Part shown: positions 25,730 through 38,330 of the stretch, piece by piece
Position numbering within the stretch: position 1 is the stretch's first letter
Layout: each line of letters opens with the position of its first letter
Assembly: GCA_964016885.1 (NCBI GenBank)
Contig: OZ024743.1
Location: 341,372,001 to 341,436,000 of the forward strand
Direction: 5' to 3'
Source of the DNA: Eledone cirrhosa
Taxonomy: Eukaryota
DNA: 64,000 bases
The notes under the pieces: generated by a model
Told to the model about the DNA's origin: nothing
Seen by the model: only the letters and a program-made list of their open reading frames with translations
Database searches by the model: none
Made by a program: the position numbers and the translations under genes

Positions 25730-28700
25730 GGCGACCTACGTAGTAAATCGTATCATCGTGAGCTCCGCAAAGGTTTGTTATTTCCGTTTGTTAAAAATTG
25801 CCATTTATGGAAAGTTTTATTGTTAACTGTATATAAGCGCACATACATTGTTTTGCGAAAAGGCCACCCAAACAGATAGAGGCCTTGTACCCAAAATTTG
25901 AACATTTATAATTATCAAAAAAAATTTCTTTGAAAAAAAACATGGAAGTCTCACGAAGCTGACAGCCTTCCTCATAAACTAACACCTCACACCGACACCA
26001 CCATTGTAAATATTACTACGTTTGCCAACACAAAAAAGCAGTAGCAATATTTTAAATGTCTCAGGCAGACATTCATTTCCTGCCATTACCAATGACTGCA
26101 GGTGTTAAAGCACCACCACCACCACCACCACCGCGACAACAGAAACAAAAGAAGAAAAAAATAAATTAACTCTTGATGTCGAAATGAATTCAAGCAAAAT
26201 GGACTCTTCCCCTCCGAACACCGCTGACGTCACCACCACCACAACTGAAACTAAAATTAATAATAACAAAAATAACGATAAAAACAACAGCAACAATGAC
26301 ATTAAAAAAACCACCCTAAGTTTTGCCAGAGTAGCAAAACAGTGCGAAGCATATCAGGTAACTCAGGAGGAATTAGAAAATGCCAAAAAAATGGTAAAGA
26401 ATGATGGGTACAGGGTCAGCCCCCCCCCCCCACACACACATAATAAAATGGAGCATCGGCGCCTATGCACCGTGTCGTATCGAACAATTAATCTAAAATC
26501 GGGGCCGAGTGGAACGGGCATCCGAGTCCCAAATCCAAAAAGCTTTGGGACATGTGTGGGCAAGAAAAACCCACATCAGACGAGGGCAGAAGTATGGAAC
26601 CGTGGACGTGTTCTTTGAAACATCAGGGGAGGCTAGAGAACACTCCATGGTCCCATTAAGAAGTGACGACTTCACACTCGTCCCAAGCTATTGTGGCCAG
26701 AGACTCGTAAAGATCAGGGTGACCCACGTTTCACCGGCCATCGAAATTCCCTGGCTAATAGCGGCCGTCCTCGCCAGCATCGAAGCCAATACAAAGATAA
26801 TAGCAATAGCAAAAGAAAAGCAGGAGAACTGGTCCGGATCTGGGATGGAGCTCCTGATCCAAGCGGACCAAAAAAGCATTGAGGAGATCCCAGAGGTAAT
26901 AGACCTCACTGACGGCAGCCACCTCACCGTAATTGTCGAGGGTAGAAGGCCTAGGTGTGTCGTTTGTGGTGAAGGAACCCACCTAAGTGCTTTCTGCCCT
27001 CAGGCTAAAAGGTTGAGGCCACCTCTCTTACCCACCCCAGTGACTCAACCATCAACACCACCAGTAGCAGAGATGGCAGCAACAACTGTAGCAGCAACAA
27101 CAGAAGCAACTATAACAGCAACAACCCCAGCAACAGTAGCAAAACCAACACCAACACCACCCAACTCTTCAGAACTAGCACCAGCGCCTACACCATCCAG
27201 CACGCTACAACCAAAACTAACGCCTGTGGAGGATTTTCCACTCCCCGGCCTATCACAACTGCAGACAGATTGTGATAACGAGGAGTGGGAAACTGTATCA
27301 GGAAAAAAAAAGAAACCAAAAAAGAAAAAATTCTCTTCCTTCCCCCTCCAAAAACAAAATACAGAGGGAAACAAATAAATTAACAAACAAAAAAGTTAGG
27401 ACAGATATGCCACCATCCACACCAGCATCACCAACCCCATCACCACAAACACCAACACCATCACCATCATTAACCCCAACACCACCATCACCTACACCAC
27501 AACAGTCACCAAAGAGCGTAACAGAAACAAACCCACAACAAACGCAAACAAAACAAAACAACCAAAACGATACACACTACGCAGCATTAAATTTGAACAA
27601 CAACCAATTATTACACTACATCCAACAACACCAGCATCACAGAAAAAGACTACACAACAACCCCAAAATTCACACCACCTCCACACATATAATCACTCGC
27701 ATCACACAGAAAACGTAGATGACACTAAAACAAAAATTCCCCAAAGACATCGGAGACTTCCGACAAGCACTCTCCAGAAGGATTTATAAGACATCCCTGA
27801 TGAGGAGGCCACAAGCAGTGAAAAGGATCGAAAAACCGTCCTCTACGAGAAGTAAGGTAAGTGGTCTTTCCCATCTCTTCCACTCCTTTTCAACATGACC
27901 TCACTCAGAATAGGCAGCATAAATGCGCGTGGCTTGGGCTCATCATGGAATCAGGGCCACCTGCTCAACGACCTCAGGTCACTAAACATATATGTAGTGG
28001 CCATCAGCGAGACAAGATCTCCGAAGCACGGGCCTTCGCACCGATCTTCGGCGGCTATGATGTGTACGCATCTCCCAGCCGTCCGGGGTCGGGGGGTGGA
28101 GTTGCTGTGCTTTTTCGGAGAGGTTTGGATCTTGCCATACGGGCCATCTTCCTGGACCCAGAAGGTAAGTTGGTGGTGCTGGACGTGACCAGCGGAGACG
28201 GGCAAGCTTTCAGGTTAGTGGCCGTCTATGCCCCGACAGGAGCAGGGCGGCCTGATTTCTTCCGGCGTCTGGAGACCTTTCTTGGAACGTCCCGCTCTTT
28301 AGTGTTAGTGGGCGACTGGAACGGGATCTTAGATGCACGCTGGGACTGTGTGGGATTAGTGGATAGGGGAGGATGGTGCAAGAGTCTCACCAACCTGCTC
28401 AGGCGTTTTGAACTGTCTTACAGGTACCGATTGAATTTCCCGAATGTACCAATATGGACTTGGACAAATCGCATATGATCATCCAGATCATATCTAGATA
28501 GAGTATTTTGTAGGGAAATAGGTAGGTCTAGCATAGGCTGTCCACAATTCAAGATAGTCAGCTACACGGACCACTAATTCGTAATCAGTGTGCTTGACGG
28601 GCGCTGGACAGACGGACCGGTTAAATTGCTAGGGGTCTGGTTCGGTCCAGACCTCCAGACGGACAAAAACTGGTACGAGGTGACGAGCAGGGTGGCTTCT

Positions 28701-30040
28701 CTCACCCAGAAATGGGCCGAGAGGAAGCTATCCCTGAAAGGTCGAGCGGAGGTGGCTAACGCGTACATCGCGTCCGTCATCTACTACCGCCTGACCGTCG
28801 TACCTTGTCCTAAGCCCCGCCTGACTGCGCTGGAGCGTTTGCTCTTTCGCTTCTTGTGGAAGGGACGCGTTCCGATGGTCAGGCGGTCCATCTGCTGTCA
28901 ACACCCGCTACGTGGAGGGCTGGGCATGCCGTGGCTGATGATGCGCAGACACGCGCTCAGGCTACGACATCTCCACCTCTTCCTCGACGGTGATCAGGTG
29001 TGGTCGCCGTTTGCTAGACACGTTTTTCCCCAGCTCGTCTCCTTGACGGAGCTGCAGTCCTGGGTCAAGCGAAGACCGAGAGGGAGCGCTTGGAGACTGG
29101 AATGTCTTCAGACGCTCACAGCCCTCGACCAATCGGGCATGTGATCGGTGGTAACTCCACCTTGGCGTTCTATAGGGGATTAGTGGAGGGGAAGAGCGAC
29201 GACGTACTTGGAGAAACTCTAGGCGTCGACGAAAATCAACTAGCCAATCTCTTCGGAAGGACTTTCGGGCCGGGGCCTATGGACAACTTCCAGAAATCCC
29301 TGGCCTGGCAGTGCTACCGGGGTGCTTTGCCAGTTCGGGATAAACTTTACAGGCATGGAGGTTCCGTCAGCCGGGCATGTCCGAGATGCGTACAGGGCGA
29401 CGAAACCGTCCTGCACGCACTCGTCCAGTGTCCGAGCATTGCTGACTTGTGGGTTTATGTCGAACACTTGCTGTCACGTGTAGGACGGATCCAGCTATCA
29501 GCTGAGTCCATCGTGAGGATTGCCCCGCCCTCTTCCTTTAGCCGGGAAGGGCAGGCAGTTTTTATCTGTCTGGTGGCCATGGCGAAAGAGATAGTATCGT
29601 GGACACGTTTGAAAGGGCTGAAGACGAGCACTTACCTCTTCGGTGATGCCCTGATTAACTTTTTCAAATTTCATCTGAAAAGGAAAATCAGGGTAGAGAG
29701 GGAAGTGCTCTCTTCCCAGCATTTTGTTGAAAGATGGGTGAGAGAAGCAAGTATGGCCCGAATGAATGGGCTTTCTCTGAGTATGTGTCTGTAAATTAAA
29801 GGTGGAAAACTGGGAGAGGGCACTTGCCCTGGTGGTCAGGGTCACTGTGGTCTTTTAATGGGCTTCTCCACAAATGTCCCTCGGAAGTCTCCCCCCCCTA
29901 TTGGGGAATCTTTCTTTGTTATTTTATTACATCCTCTGTTTTTTTTTACACGCAGAAATGCCCATTTGTACCGTCCTGTATTGTCCTGTACTGTCCTTAA
30001 TGTCTACTTTTTGTAAACCCTTGTGGTTAATAAAGAAAAC
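25730..30040 (+). mobile_element. Tx1-like family A copy 4 (decayed; internal deletion removing the RT core)
   Basis: Junction GTGCTTGAC|GGGCGCTGG at ~28598 joins positions equivalent to 10415 and 11934 of copy 1. Confidence 0.93.
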
Positions 30041-30067
30041 ATTATTATTAATATTATTATTATTATT

Positions 30068-33000
30068 GTTGTTATTCCTTGAATCTCAGTCATTGATGTT
30101 GGTTAACTGGAAAGTCCGTTGGATTGAATATCAAGCCACTACCTGCAGCCTCAGATATTCAGGACGTATCGGAGGGTTCTTGCTGTTCCAAGCAAGCAAG
30201 CCTTTTGAAGCGTTCCAAAAAGCGTGAAGGGGCCGATTTTCTTTAACCATCCCTGGAAACTTTTGGAGATAGTCCCCAGTGCGCCTATGACAATCGGGAT
30301 CACTTTGACTTCATGGCAGTTCCAAATCCTTTTCACCTCCCACTTTAGGTCCTGGTATCGGTTAATTTTCTCCCTCTCCTTCTCTTGCACTCTCGTGTCG
30401 AACGGGCAGGCCACATCCACAATCAGACACGATCTTTTTTCTTCGTCCACAACCACCAGGTCAGGTCTATTGTGTTCCAGTTTTTTGTCCGTCTGTATCC
30501 TAAAATCCCACAGCACCTTCACCTGATTGTTCTCCATCACCGCCTCTGGCCTATGCTCATACCATTTCTCAGAATGTGGTAAATTGTTTACTTTGCACAG
30601 GTGCCAGTGGATCACCCTGCCCATCACATCGTGTCTCCAGCCGTTATAGTGGGTCTGGGCTAGGTGTTTACACTCGGACACAATGTGAGCCACAGTCTCC
30701 TCTCTCTCTCCACAGAACCTGCACAGTGGGCTAGCCTCCTCCTTGTAGATATGGTGCTTCAACCACTTCGTTTTGAGGGCCTGCTCCTGCGCAGCCATTA
30801 GCATTCCTTCTGTAGCCTTTTTGAGGTCTCCTCTTCTCAACCAGTTCCATGTCTGTGGATCTCTAAATTCAGTTTTCTCAAAGAAGGTACTATGAAGGGA
30901 TTTTCCCTTAAGGCTGCTCTTCCTCCTTGATGTTATTTCCTCCTTGGACATCCCCTGGCCTACTGTCCCCTCCTTCAGTACAGTTCTGAGCATTGGCTCC
31001 TTACTATAGGTCACGTATTTGTATAGGTTGTTTTTCTCCATCTGAACACAGTCCTCTATGCTGATAAGACCTCTTCCACCCTCAGATCTCCTTAGGTAGA
31101 GTCTATCGACATCACTCCTCTTGTGGAACATGTTGTAGATAGTCAATAGCTTCCTAGTCTTCCTATCCATTTCTTTTTGTTCAGCAACATTCCATCTCAG
31201 AATTCCCGCACTGTACCTAATAATAGACACAGCTCGGGAATTTACTGCGCTTATGGCATTTCTGCTGTTCAGATGTGACTTCAATACGCTCCTTACTCTC
31301 CGAATGTATTCAGTTCCTAACAATTCCTTCATTTTTTTGTTCTTTATGCCATCAGCCTCCAGAACGCCCAAATACTTGTATCCTTCCTCAGAGTCAATTT
31401 CCTTTATCATCTCACCTGTTGGTATCTGGATCCCGTTACTTCTGCTCAACCTACCCCTCTTCATCACAATGACTCCACATTTACCAATACCAAACTGTAT
31501 ACATATATCACTGCTGAAAATACGGACAGTGTCAACAAGCACATCCAACTCCTTCTCACTTTTCCCGAAGAGCTTAAGATCGTCCATGAAGAGGAGGTGA
31601 TTGATGGTAAGCTCTCCCCTTCCCAACTTGTATCCTGCTCTCACTTTTCGCAGCATAATGGTCAAGGGCATCAGGGCAAGGACAAACAACAGAGGGGACA
31701 GGCTATCTCCCTGGAAGATACCTCTCTTGATCTTCACGCTTCCCAAGGATACTCCAGTTGATGTCAACTCTGTCTCCCAGGACCCCATACTCCTGCCTAG
31801 CAACTGTCTGATGTTATCTGCCACCCTGAAGATCTCCAGGCTTTTGGTGATCCAGGAATGAGGCACCATGTCAAATGCCTCTCTGTAGTCTATCCATCCC
31901 ATGGCAAGATCAGTGTGTCTCCTCCTGCAATTCCCCATTACCATCTTATCAATAAGTAACTGGTCCTTTGTACCACGTGACTTCTTTCGGCATCCTTTCT
32001 GTTCGTCCGGTAACAAGTTGTTTGTGTGGAGGTGATGGTAGATTTCCTCAGACACAATGCTCGTCAACAGTTTCCACATTACGGACAGACATGTGATAGG
32101 TCTATAGTTGGTAACATCATTACCCTTGATTCGGTCTTTCATTATCAGAACTGTGGTACCTTTTGTCAACCACTCTGGCACCTCTCCCGACACCAAGCAG
32201 TCATTGAACATGGCCGTCAGCTTCGGGTGGAGGGATGTTAAATATTTAATCCAATAGCCCTGCACACCATCTGGGCCTGGTGATTTCCAGTTGGTTATTT
32301 TTTGGGCCTGCCCCTTAAGAGTTTCAACTGTGATACTCAAATCAGTTTGTTGTTGTGCCTGCTCGCCGACCTCCCTCTGTACTGACTCAATCCACCCTGC
32401 CTGGGCATTGTGTCTAACATCCTACTCCCATATTCCTCTCCAGAATGTTTTAGTTTGCTCCGCCCCAGGGATCAAGTCGTTGCCTCTTTCTTTCCCCTCA
32501 AGCTGTCCAAACAGCATCTTCTGGTTGTTGTCGAACATGCGGTTCTGTTTATACTGACTGACTCTGTTCTCGTATCGCCTGATTTTGGCACTCTTTGCTA
32601 CAATGCGTTGCTTCAGTTCCACTATGATAATATTTAGCTTTTTCCTCCTAGTTTTGTATTTTATTTCCAGTCTATTTTTAGTGCCTATGTTTTTTAGTGT
32701 CCCATTCAGTAGTGACTCAAGCTTTCCTATGTCATTTCTCATTTCCCCGATTTGCCCACTCAGTCGCTTCTTCCACCACGGCTCTGCTCTTTCTTGTCTA
32801 TTGTTTCCTCTCGCTTTTATACCAAGTAGTTTCCTCACCGTATTTGCTGTTGCTTTGAGGATATTGTTGCACTGGTGAAGGCTCCTCGCCTCAAGGTATG
32901 GGATGACTTTGTTTACCTTAGCTGTTGTTTCTTTTAACTTTTTCCTGTCTACAAATCTTAGGTTCATAGGTCTCCCACTATCATTGTTCAATTCATCTAC

Positions 33001-33310
33001 CACTAAATTTAGGATGTCAACCGAATCTTGTCCTAGCCCGTCAGCATTCATCTCCTCAGTGGCCGTATCTCTGTTCCAGGTATTATTTATCTCAGTATTC
33101 AGATCATTGTCTGCTTCGGGTGGTTCCTCCGTTCTCAGGACCTCTTCACCTTCATTTCCCACTGGCTCGCTTGTCTGGCATACTACACCCGCCATCTCCA
33201 AGCCATTCTCTCTGCTCAGTTCCTCCAGTTCCAGCTCGCTTATCCATCCATTAGTTCTTATTACCCGAGCCTGCCCGGCCAATTTTTGTTCATCTAATTT
33301 AAATAAACCA
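30068..33310 (-). mobile_element. R4/Dong-like non-LTR retrotransposon family 1, 5'-truncated; RT + CCHC + restriction-like endonuclease
   Basis: ORFs 32422-33282 and 30151-32340 carry WKSPGPDG, YRPITCL, EQKGC, WIDYREAFD, GIFQGDSLSP, LFMDDLKL, YKYLG, CRFC..ETVAHIVSEC, RHD and NRPD..IVDVACP..K..Y. The 3' end runs into (TAA)n. Confidence 0.92.
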
Positions 33311-33311
33311 A

Positions 33312-33372
<61 letters not shown>

Positions 33373-34650
33373 GTTCTTTGAGTCTCAGTCATTGATGTTA
33401 ATTAACTGGAAAGTTTGTTGAAATGAATATCAAGCCTCAAACATTCAGGACGTATCGAAGGTTCCTTGCTGTTCCCTGTAAGCATGCCTTTTGCGGTTTT
33501 ACAAAAAGCGGAGCTGGAATAATCTTCTTTAACCATCCTTGGAAACTCTTTGACATAGTACCTAGTGCCCCTATGACAATCGGGACGATCTTGATTTTAT
33601 GGCAGTTCCAAATCCTTTTTAACTGCCACTTAAAATCCTGGTATCTGGTAATTTTCTCCATCTCCTTCTCTTACACTCTCGTGTCAAATGGGCAGGCTAT
33701 ATCTACAATCAGGCACGATCTTTTTTCCCTGTCCAAAACCACCAGGTCAGGCCTATTGTGTTCTAATTTCTTGTCCGTCTGCATGCTAAAATCCCTCAGC
33801 AACTTCACCTGATCGTTTTCTAACACCGACTCCGGCTTATGCTCATACCATTTCTCAGAATGTGGTAAATTGTTTACTTTGCATAGGTGCCAGTGGATCA
33901 CCCTGCCCGTCACATAATGTCTCCAGATTTTATAGTGAGTCTGGGATAGGTGTTTGCACTCGGATACAATGAGACCCACAGTCTCATCTCTCTCTCTCCA
34001 CAGATCCTACACAGTGAGCTTGTCAATATGGTGTTTCACCTACTTCTTCTGAGGGCCTGCTCTTGCGCAGCCATTAGTATACCTTCTGTAGCTTTTTTAA
34101 GGTCTCATGTTTTTAACCAGTTCCATGTCTGTGGATTTCTAAATTCCGTTTTCTTAAAGAAGGTGCTATGAAGGGATTTTTCATGAAGGCTGCATTTCCT
34201 CCCTGTTGTTATTTCATCCTTGGACATCCCTGGTCTATTGTCCTCTCCTTCAGTACAATATTGAGTATTGGCTCCCTGCTATCAGTCAAGTATTTGTGTA
34301 GGTTGTTATTCTCCATCTGAACACAGTCCTCTATGGTTATAAGACCTCTTCCACCTTCAGATCTCCTTAAGTAGAGTCTATCAACATCACTCTCCTTGTT
34401 GAACATGTTGTAGATAGTCAATAGCTTCCTAGTCTTCCTATCCATTTCTTTTTTGTTCAGCAACATTCCATTTCAGAATCCTACACTGTACCTAATAATA
34501 GACACAACTCGGGATTTACAACATTTATGATATTCCTACTATTTAGATGTTATTTTAATACGTTCCTTACTTGCCTTATGTATTCAGATCTTATCAATTC
34601 CTTCATTTAATTTTGTTATTGATGCCATCTGCCTCCAGAACACCTAAATA
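33373..34650 (-). mobile_element. R4/Dong-like family 1, older 5'-truncated decayed copy
   Basis: Fragmented ORFs are homologous to 30151-31380; (TTA)n on both sides. Confidence 0.88.
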
Positions 34651-34670
34651 TTATTATTATTATTATTATT

Positions 34671-37603
34671 ATAGTTGCATTTATCTTGCTTTATGTTCAT
34701 ACGAGTTATCACCAAGTCACACCCAGTGACTTCAAGAGATAACAAGGTCCGCCATGTTCAAGAAAGAACATACATACACACACATGCATCTTTAGGTGTT
34801 TAGACTTGTGATGTACTTATATTGACAGAATCCTCCTTAGTATATAGGCAGTTCCCATTAGTACTATCTTCTGTATGTCTCCTATACGTGGGTTTCCTGG
34901 GATTTGCGATAAGTAATCATTAGACCCATTAGGTATCATTGCTAGAGCGCCTACAACCACTGGTATTGTTTTAGTTTTCAATTTCCACATTTTTCCAATT
35001 TCTATCTCTATTTTCAAATGTTTTTATAGATACATTCTTGTCTATTGGAACGGATATATCAATTAGCAGGCATACACTCTTTTTAAAGTCCTTCAGTATT
35101 ATATCAGGTCTATTTGCATCTATTTTTCGGTCTGTTTGGATGCTAAAGTTCTACAAGATTGAGATGTGATCTTTTTCAAGTAAGGGAGGTGGTTGATGCT
35201 CCCACCATTTCTTTTGATGGGGCAGATCAAAATGCATACACATTATCCAATGTATGTATTGTGCAGCTGTCATGCCTGTTTAGGTATTCGGTTGGAGCTA
35301 TAGGACTGCAAATTAAAATTATATGATCAATGGTCTGTGGTTGTTTTTTATATACATGGCATAATGGGTTGCATCCATTTCTTATTATGTTGGCTTGGTA
35401 ATTTTATCTTGTGCTGATATAATCAGTCCATCAGTCTCCGATTTCAGTACAGAGGATGGGTTAAAGTTTTGTCAACATCAGGATTGTTAGCTCTTTCTGG
35501 GTATTTTCCATACAGAGGCATTTCTTGCCATTTCTTAGCCAGTTTCTGTAGCAGTTCTTACTTTGCAGTTACTTTTGCCTGCTTTGCTTTTTCTGTGTTT
35601 TCCTTTTCAGCAGTAAATGGGACTTCTGAAATGTGTAGTCCATTACTGTATCTTTGTGCATCTTTTGTAATGGAGTATGATCTTTTGATTCTTTCGTGTT
35701 TCAAAACGAGTTTGATCATCCAATCATGTGATTCCCTTAGATATGTAGATAATCCAATTGTTGCAGTTTTCAACGCAATATCTAACTGGACTAACCCACG
35801 TCCTCCTTTTTTCCTAGGGAGATATATTCTATCTGTATCTGCCTTAGGGTGATGCATTCTGTGCATGGTGAAGCATTTTCTAATTTTTGTATCGAGCCTA
35901 CGGATCTCTGTGCTTGACCAGTTGATGATATTGTAACTATAGGTTACTACTGGTATGGCAAGCGTGTTTATGGCATCGATCCTATTCCTTGCATTCAATT
36001 CCGTTCTTAAGATTGCTCTTACTCTGCGGTAACATTCCTTCCTTATCCTTTCCCTCAATGTCCAGTGCTTGATTCCGTCTCCTTCACGAACACCTAGATA
36101 TTTGTAAGTTTCCTGTTGATCAAGTTCTGTTATCACATTCCCCCGATCAAGATTAATGTCTGAACTTTTCAGCAGCCTTCCTGAGAAATAAAAAAGGTGA
36201 TAAAGAGTGACCCTTTAAAATTCGACAATTAATATTAACTTTTCCAGCTTCAAGTGATTCCTTTTCACTATTCAAAAGGAGTGTCGTTTTCCATGTCTTC
36301 ATACTGAATGACAAAAACCTCCTGACAACGGGGGATATTTTGAAAATCTCTAAACATTTTTCAATCCAACTGTGTGGCAAACTATCGAATGCTTTTTTAT
36401 AATCTATCCAAGCAATCGACAGATTTTTGTATCTATTATGACAATTTTCCAGTATCATTTTGTTAACCAAAAGCTGATCCTTACAGCCATATGAGCCTCG
36501 TTTACATCCTTTCTGCTCATTGGGAAAGAGATCATTTGTAATCAGGTGGTCATATGTATATTCAGTTAGGACTGATGTTAACATTTTATACACTGAAGTC
36601 AAGCAAGTTATCGGTCTGTAATTTTTGGGATTGTTTGTCTCATCATTCTTCGGAAGCAGGAACGTAATGTCGTTAAGTAGTCATGATGGTATCTTTTCTG
36701 GCTCCTTAACTATTTCATTGTAAATTTGGGCTAACAGCTCATGAGACTCTGTGAAGGCATTTATCCAGAAATTTGGTATTTTGTCTTTTCCTGGGGATTT
36801 CCATTTGCTGGTTTTCTAAGAGCCAAACGCAACTGTTCAACTGTTATATTTTCCCATATTTGTTCCTCAAGGTGAGCTGTATCTTTCATTTGTCTGTCTA
36901 TCCATGGGGCATGTATATTATTAACTTTTTCTTTGGCCCAGATCTTTTCCCAGAATTCTTGCACTTCCTCCTTGGTTGGTATTGATTTAGCACTTATTGT
37001 TGACTTGCCAATTTTTCTGTAGAAGTTTCTTTGGTTGTTTTTGAACATATTATTGTCCTTATAGAATCTAGATCGTTTTTCAAAGCGCCTTATACGAGCA
37101 GCTTTGGCCGACACTTTTTGCTTGATTATTTCTATCAGCATGTCTATGTCACATGTTGATTTTATACTGTACTTTTTTTTCAATTTTCTAAGTTTAGTTT
37201 GTTTAACAGGTTCACCTACTTTATAGTTTGTTAACATTTCTATGTCAGATCGGAGAAGGTTTATTTGGCGATTGATGTTCTCTTGCCAAGTAGATTTCTT
37301 GTGGGAATTCCTTTGTTTTTTCATCTTCACTCCACATAAGTGAGTGGTGACTTTAGCCGATGCATAATAGAGATGATTTATATCAGTAATGTTTAGTTTG
37401 TTTGTGATGATAATGTTTTTGAGAATTATGTTAGTCTTGTGTATTATCTTTTGGTTCTGTTTGGAGTTCTGGATCTTAGGGAGGGTGTCTCGTTCCCCCA
37501 TGTCAGATTCTTTCATTTTCATCCATTCGATCATAATTTCATCCTTCAAGTTGGCAAGTTCGTTCTCATTCATTTCTTTATCATTTACGATCTCATTATT
37601 TTC
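34671..37603 (-). mobile_element. R4/Dong-like family 2 copy A (decayed, internal deletions)
   Basis: WIDYKKAFDSLPH, YKYLGV, RIYLPRKKGGRGL, IPVVVGAL. The 3'UTR AGTTGCATTTATCTTGC is shared with 38331 and 62032. Confidence 0.88.
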
Positions 37604-38303
37604 GAATTTTTGTATCGAGCCTACGGATCTCTGTGCTTGACCAGTTGATGACATTGTAACTGTAGGTTACTACTGGTATGGAAAGCGTGTTTATGGCATC
37701 GATCCTATTCCTCGCATTCAATTCCGTTCTTAAGATCGCTCTTACTCTGCGGTAACATTCCTTCCTTATCCTTTCCCTCATTGTCGAGTGCTTGATTCCG
37801 TCTCCTTCACAAACACCTAGATATTTGTAAGTTTTTTCTTGATCATGTTCTCTTATCACGTTCCCCCGATCAAGATTAATGTCTGAACTCTTCAGTAGCT
37901 TTCCTCTGGTGAACGTTGCTTTGGCGCATTTATCTAGTCCAAACTCCATTTTAATGTCATCACTGAACTGCTTCACAGTCGATAATAGCCCTTGCAATTG
38001 TTCATCATTTTTTGCAAATTGTTTCAGGTCATCGATGTAGAACAGGTGATTAATGGTTTTGTCATAGACTTTATATCCATGTTTTGTTTCATTGAGCATT
38101 TTACTTAATGGTATAAGAGCGATGCAGAATAAAAGCGGTGATAAAGAGTCACCCTGAAAAATTCCACAATTAATATTAACTTCTCCAGCTTCCATTGATT
38201 TTGTCTCACTATTCAAAAGGAGTGTCGTTTTCCATGTCTTCATACTGAATGACAAAAACCTCCTGACAACGGGGGATATTTTGAAAATCTCTAAACATTT
38301 TTC
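37604..38303 (-). mobile_element. R4/Dong-like family 2 fragment C
   Basis: Matches 63292-63991, including the same 5' truncation point and the DDLKQF variant. Confidence 0.88.
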
Positions 38304-38330
38304 ATTATTATTATTATTATTATTATTATT

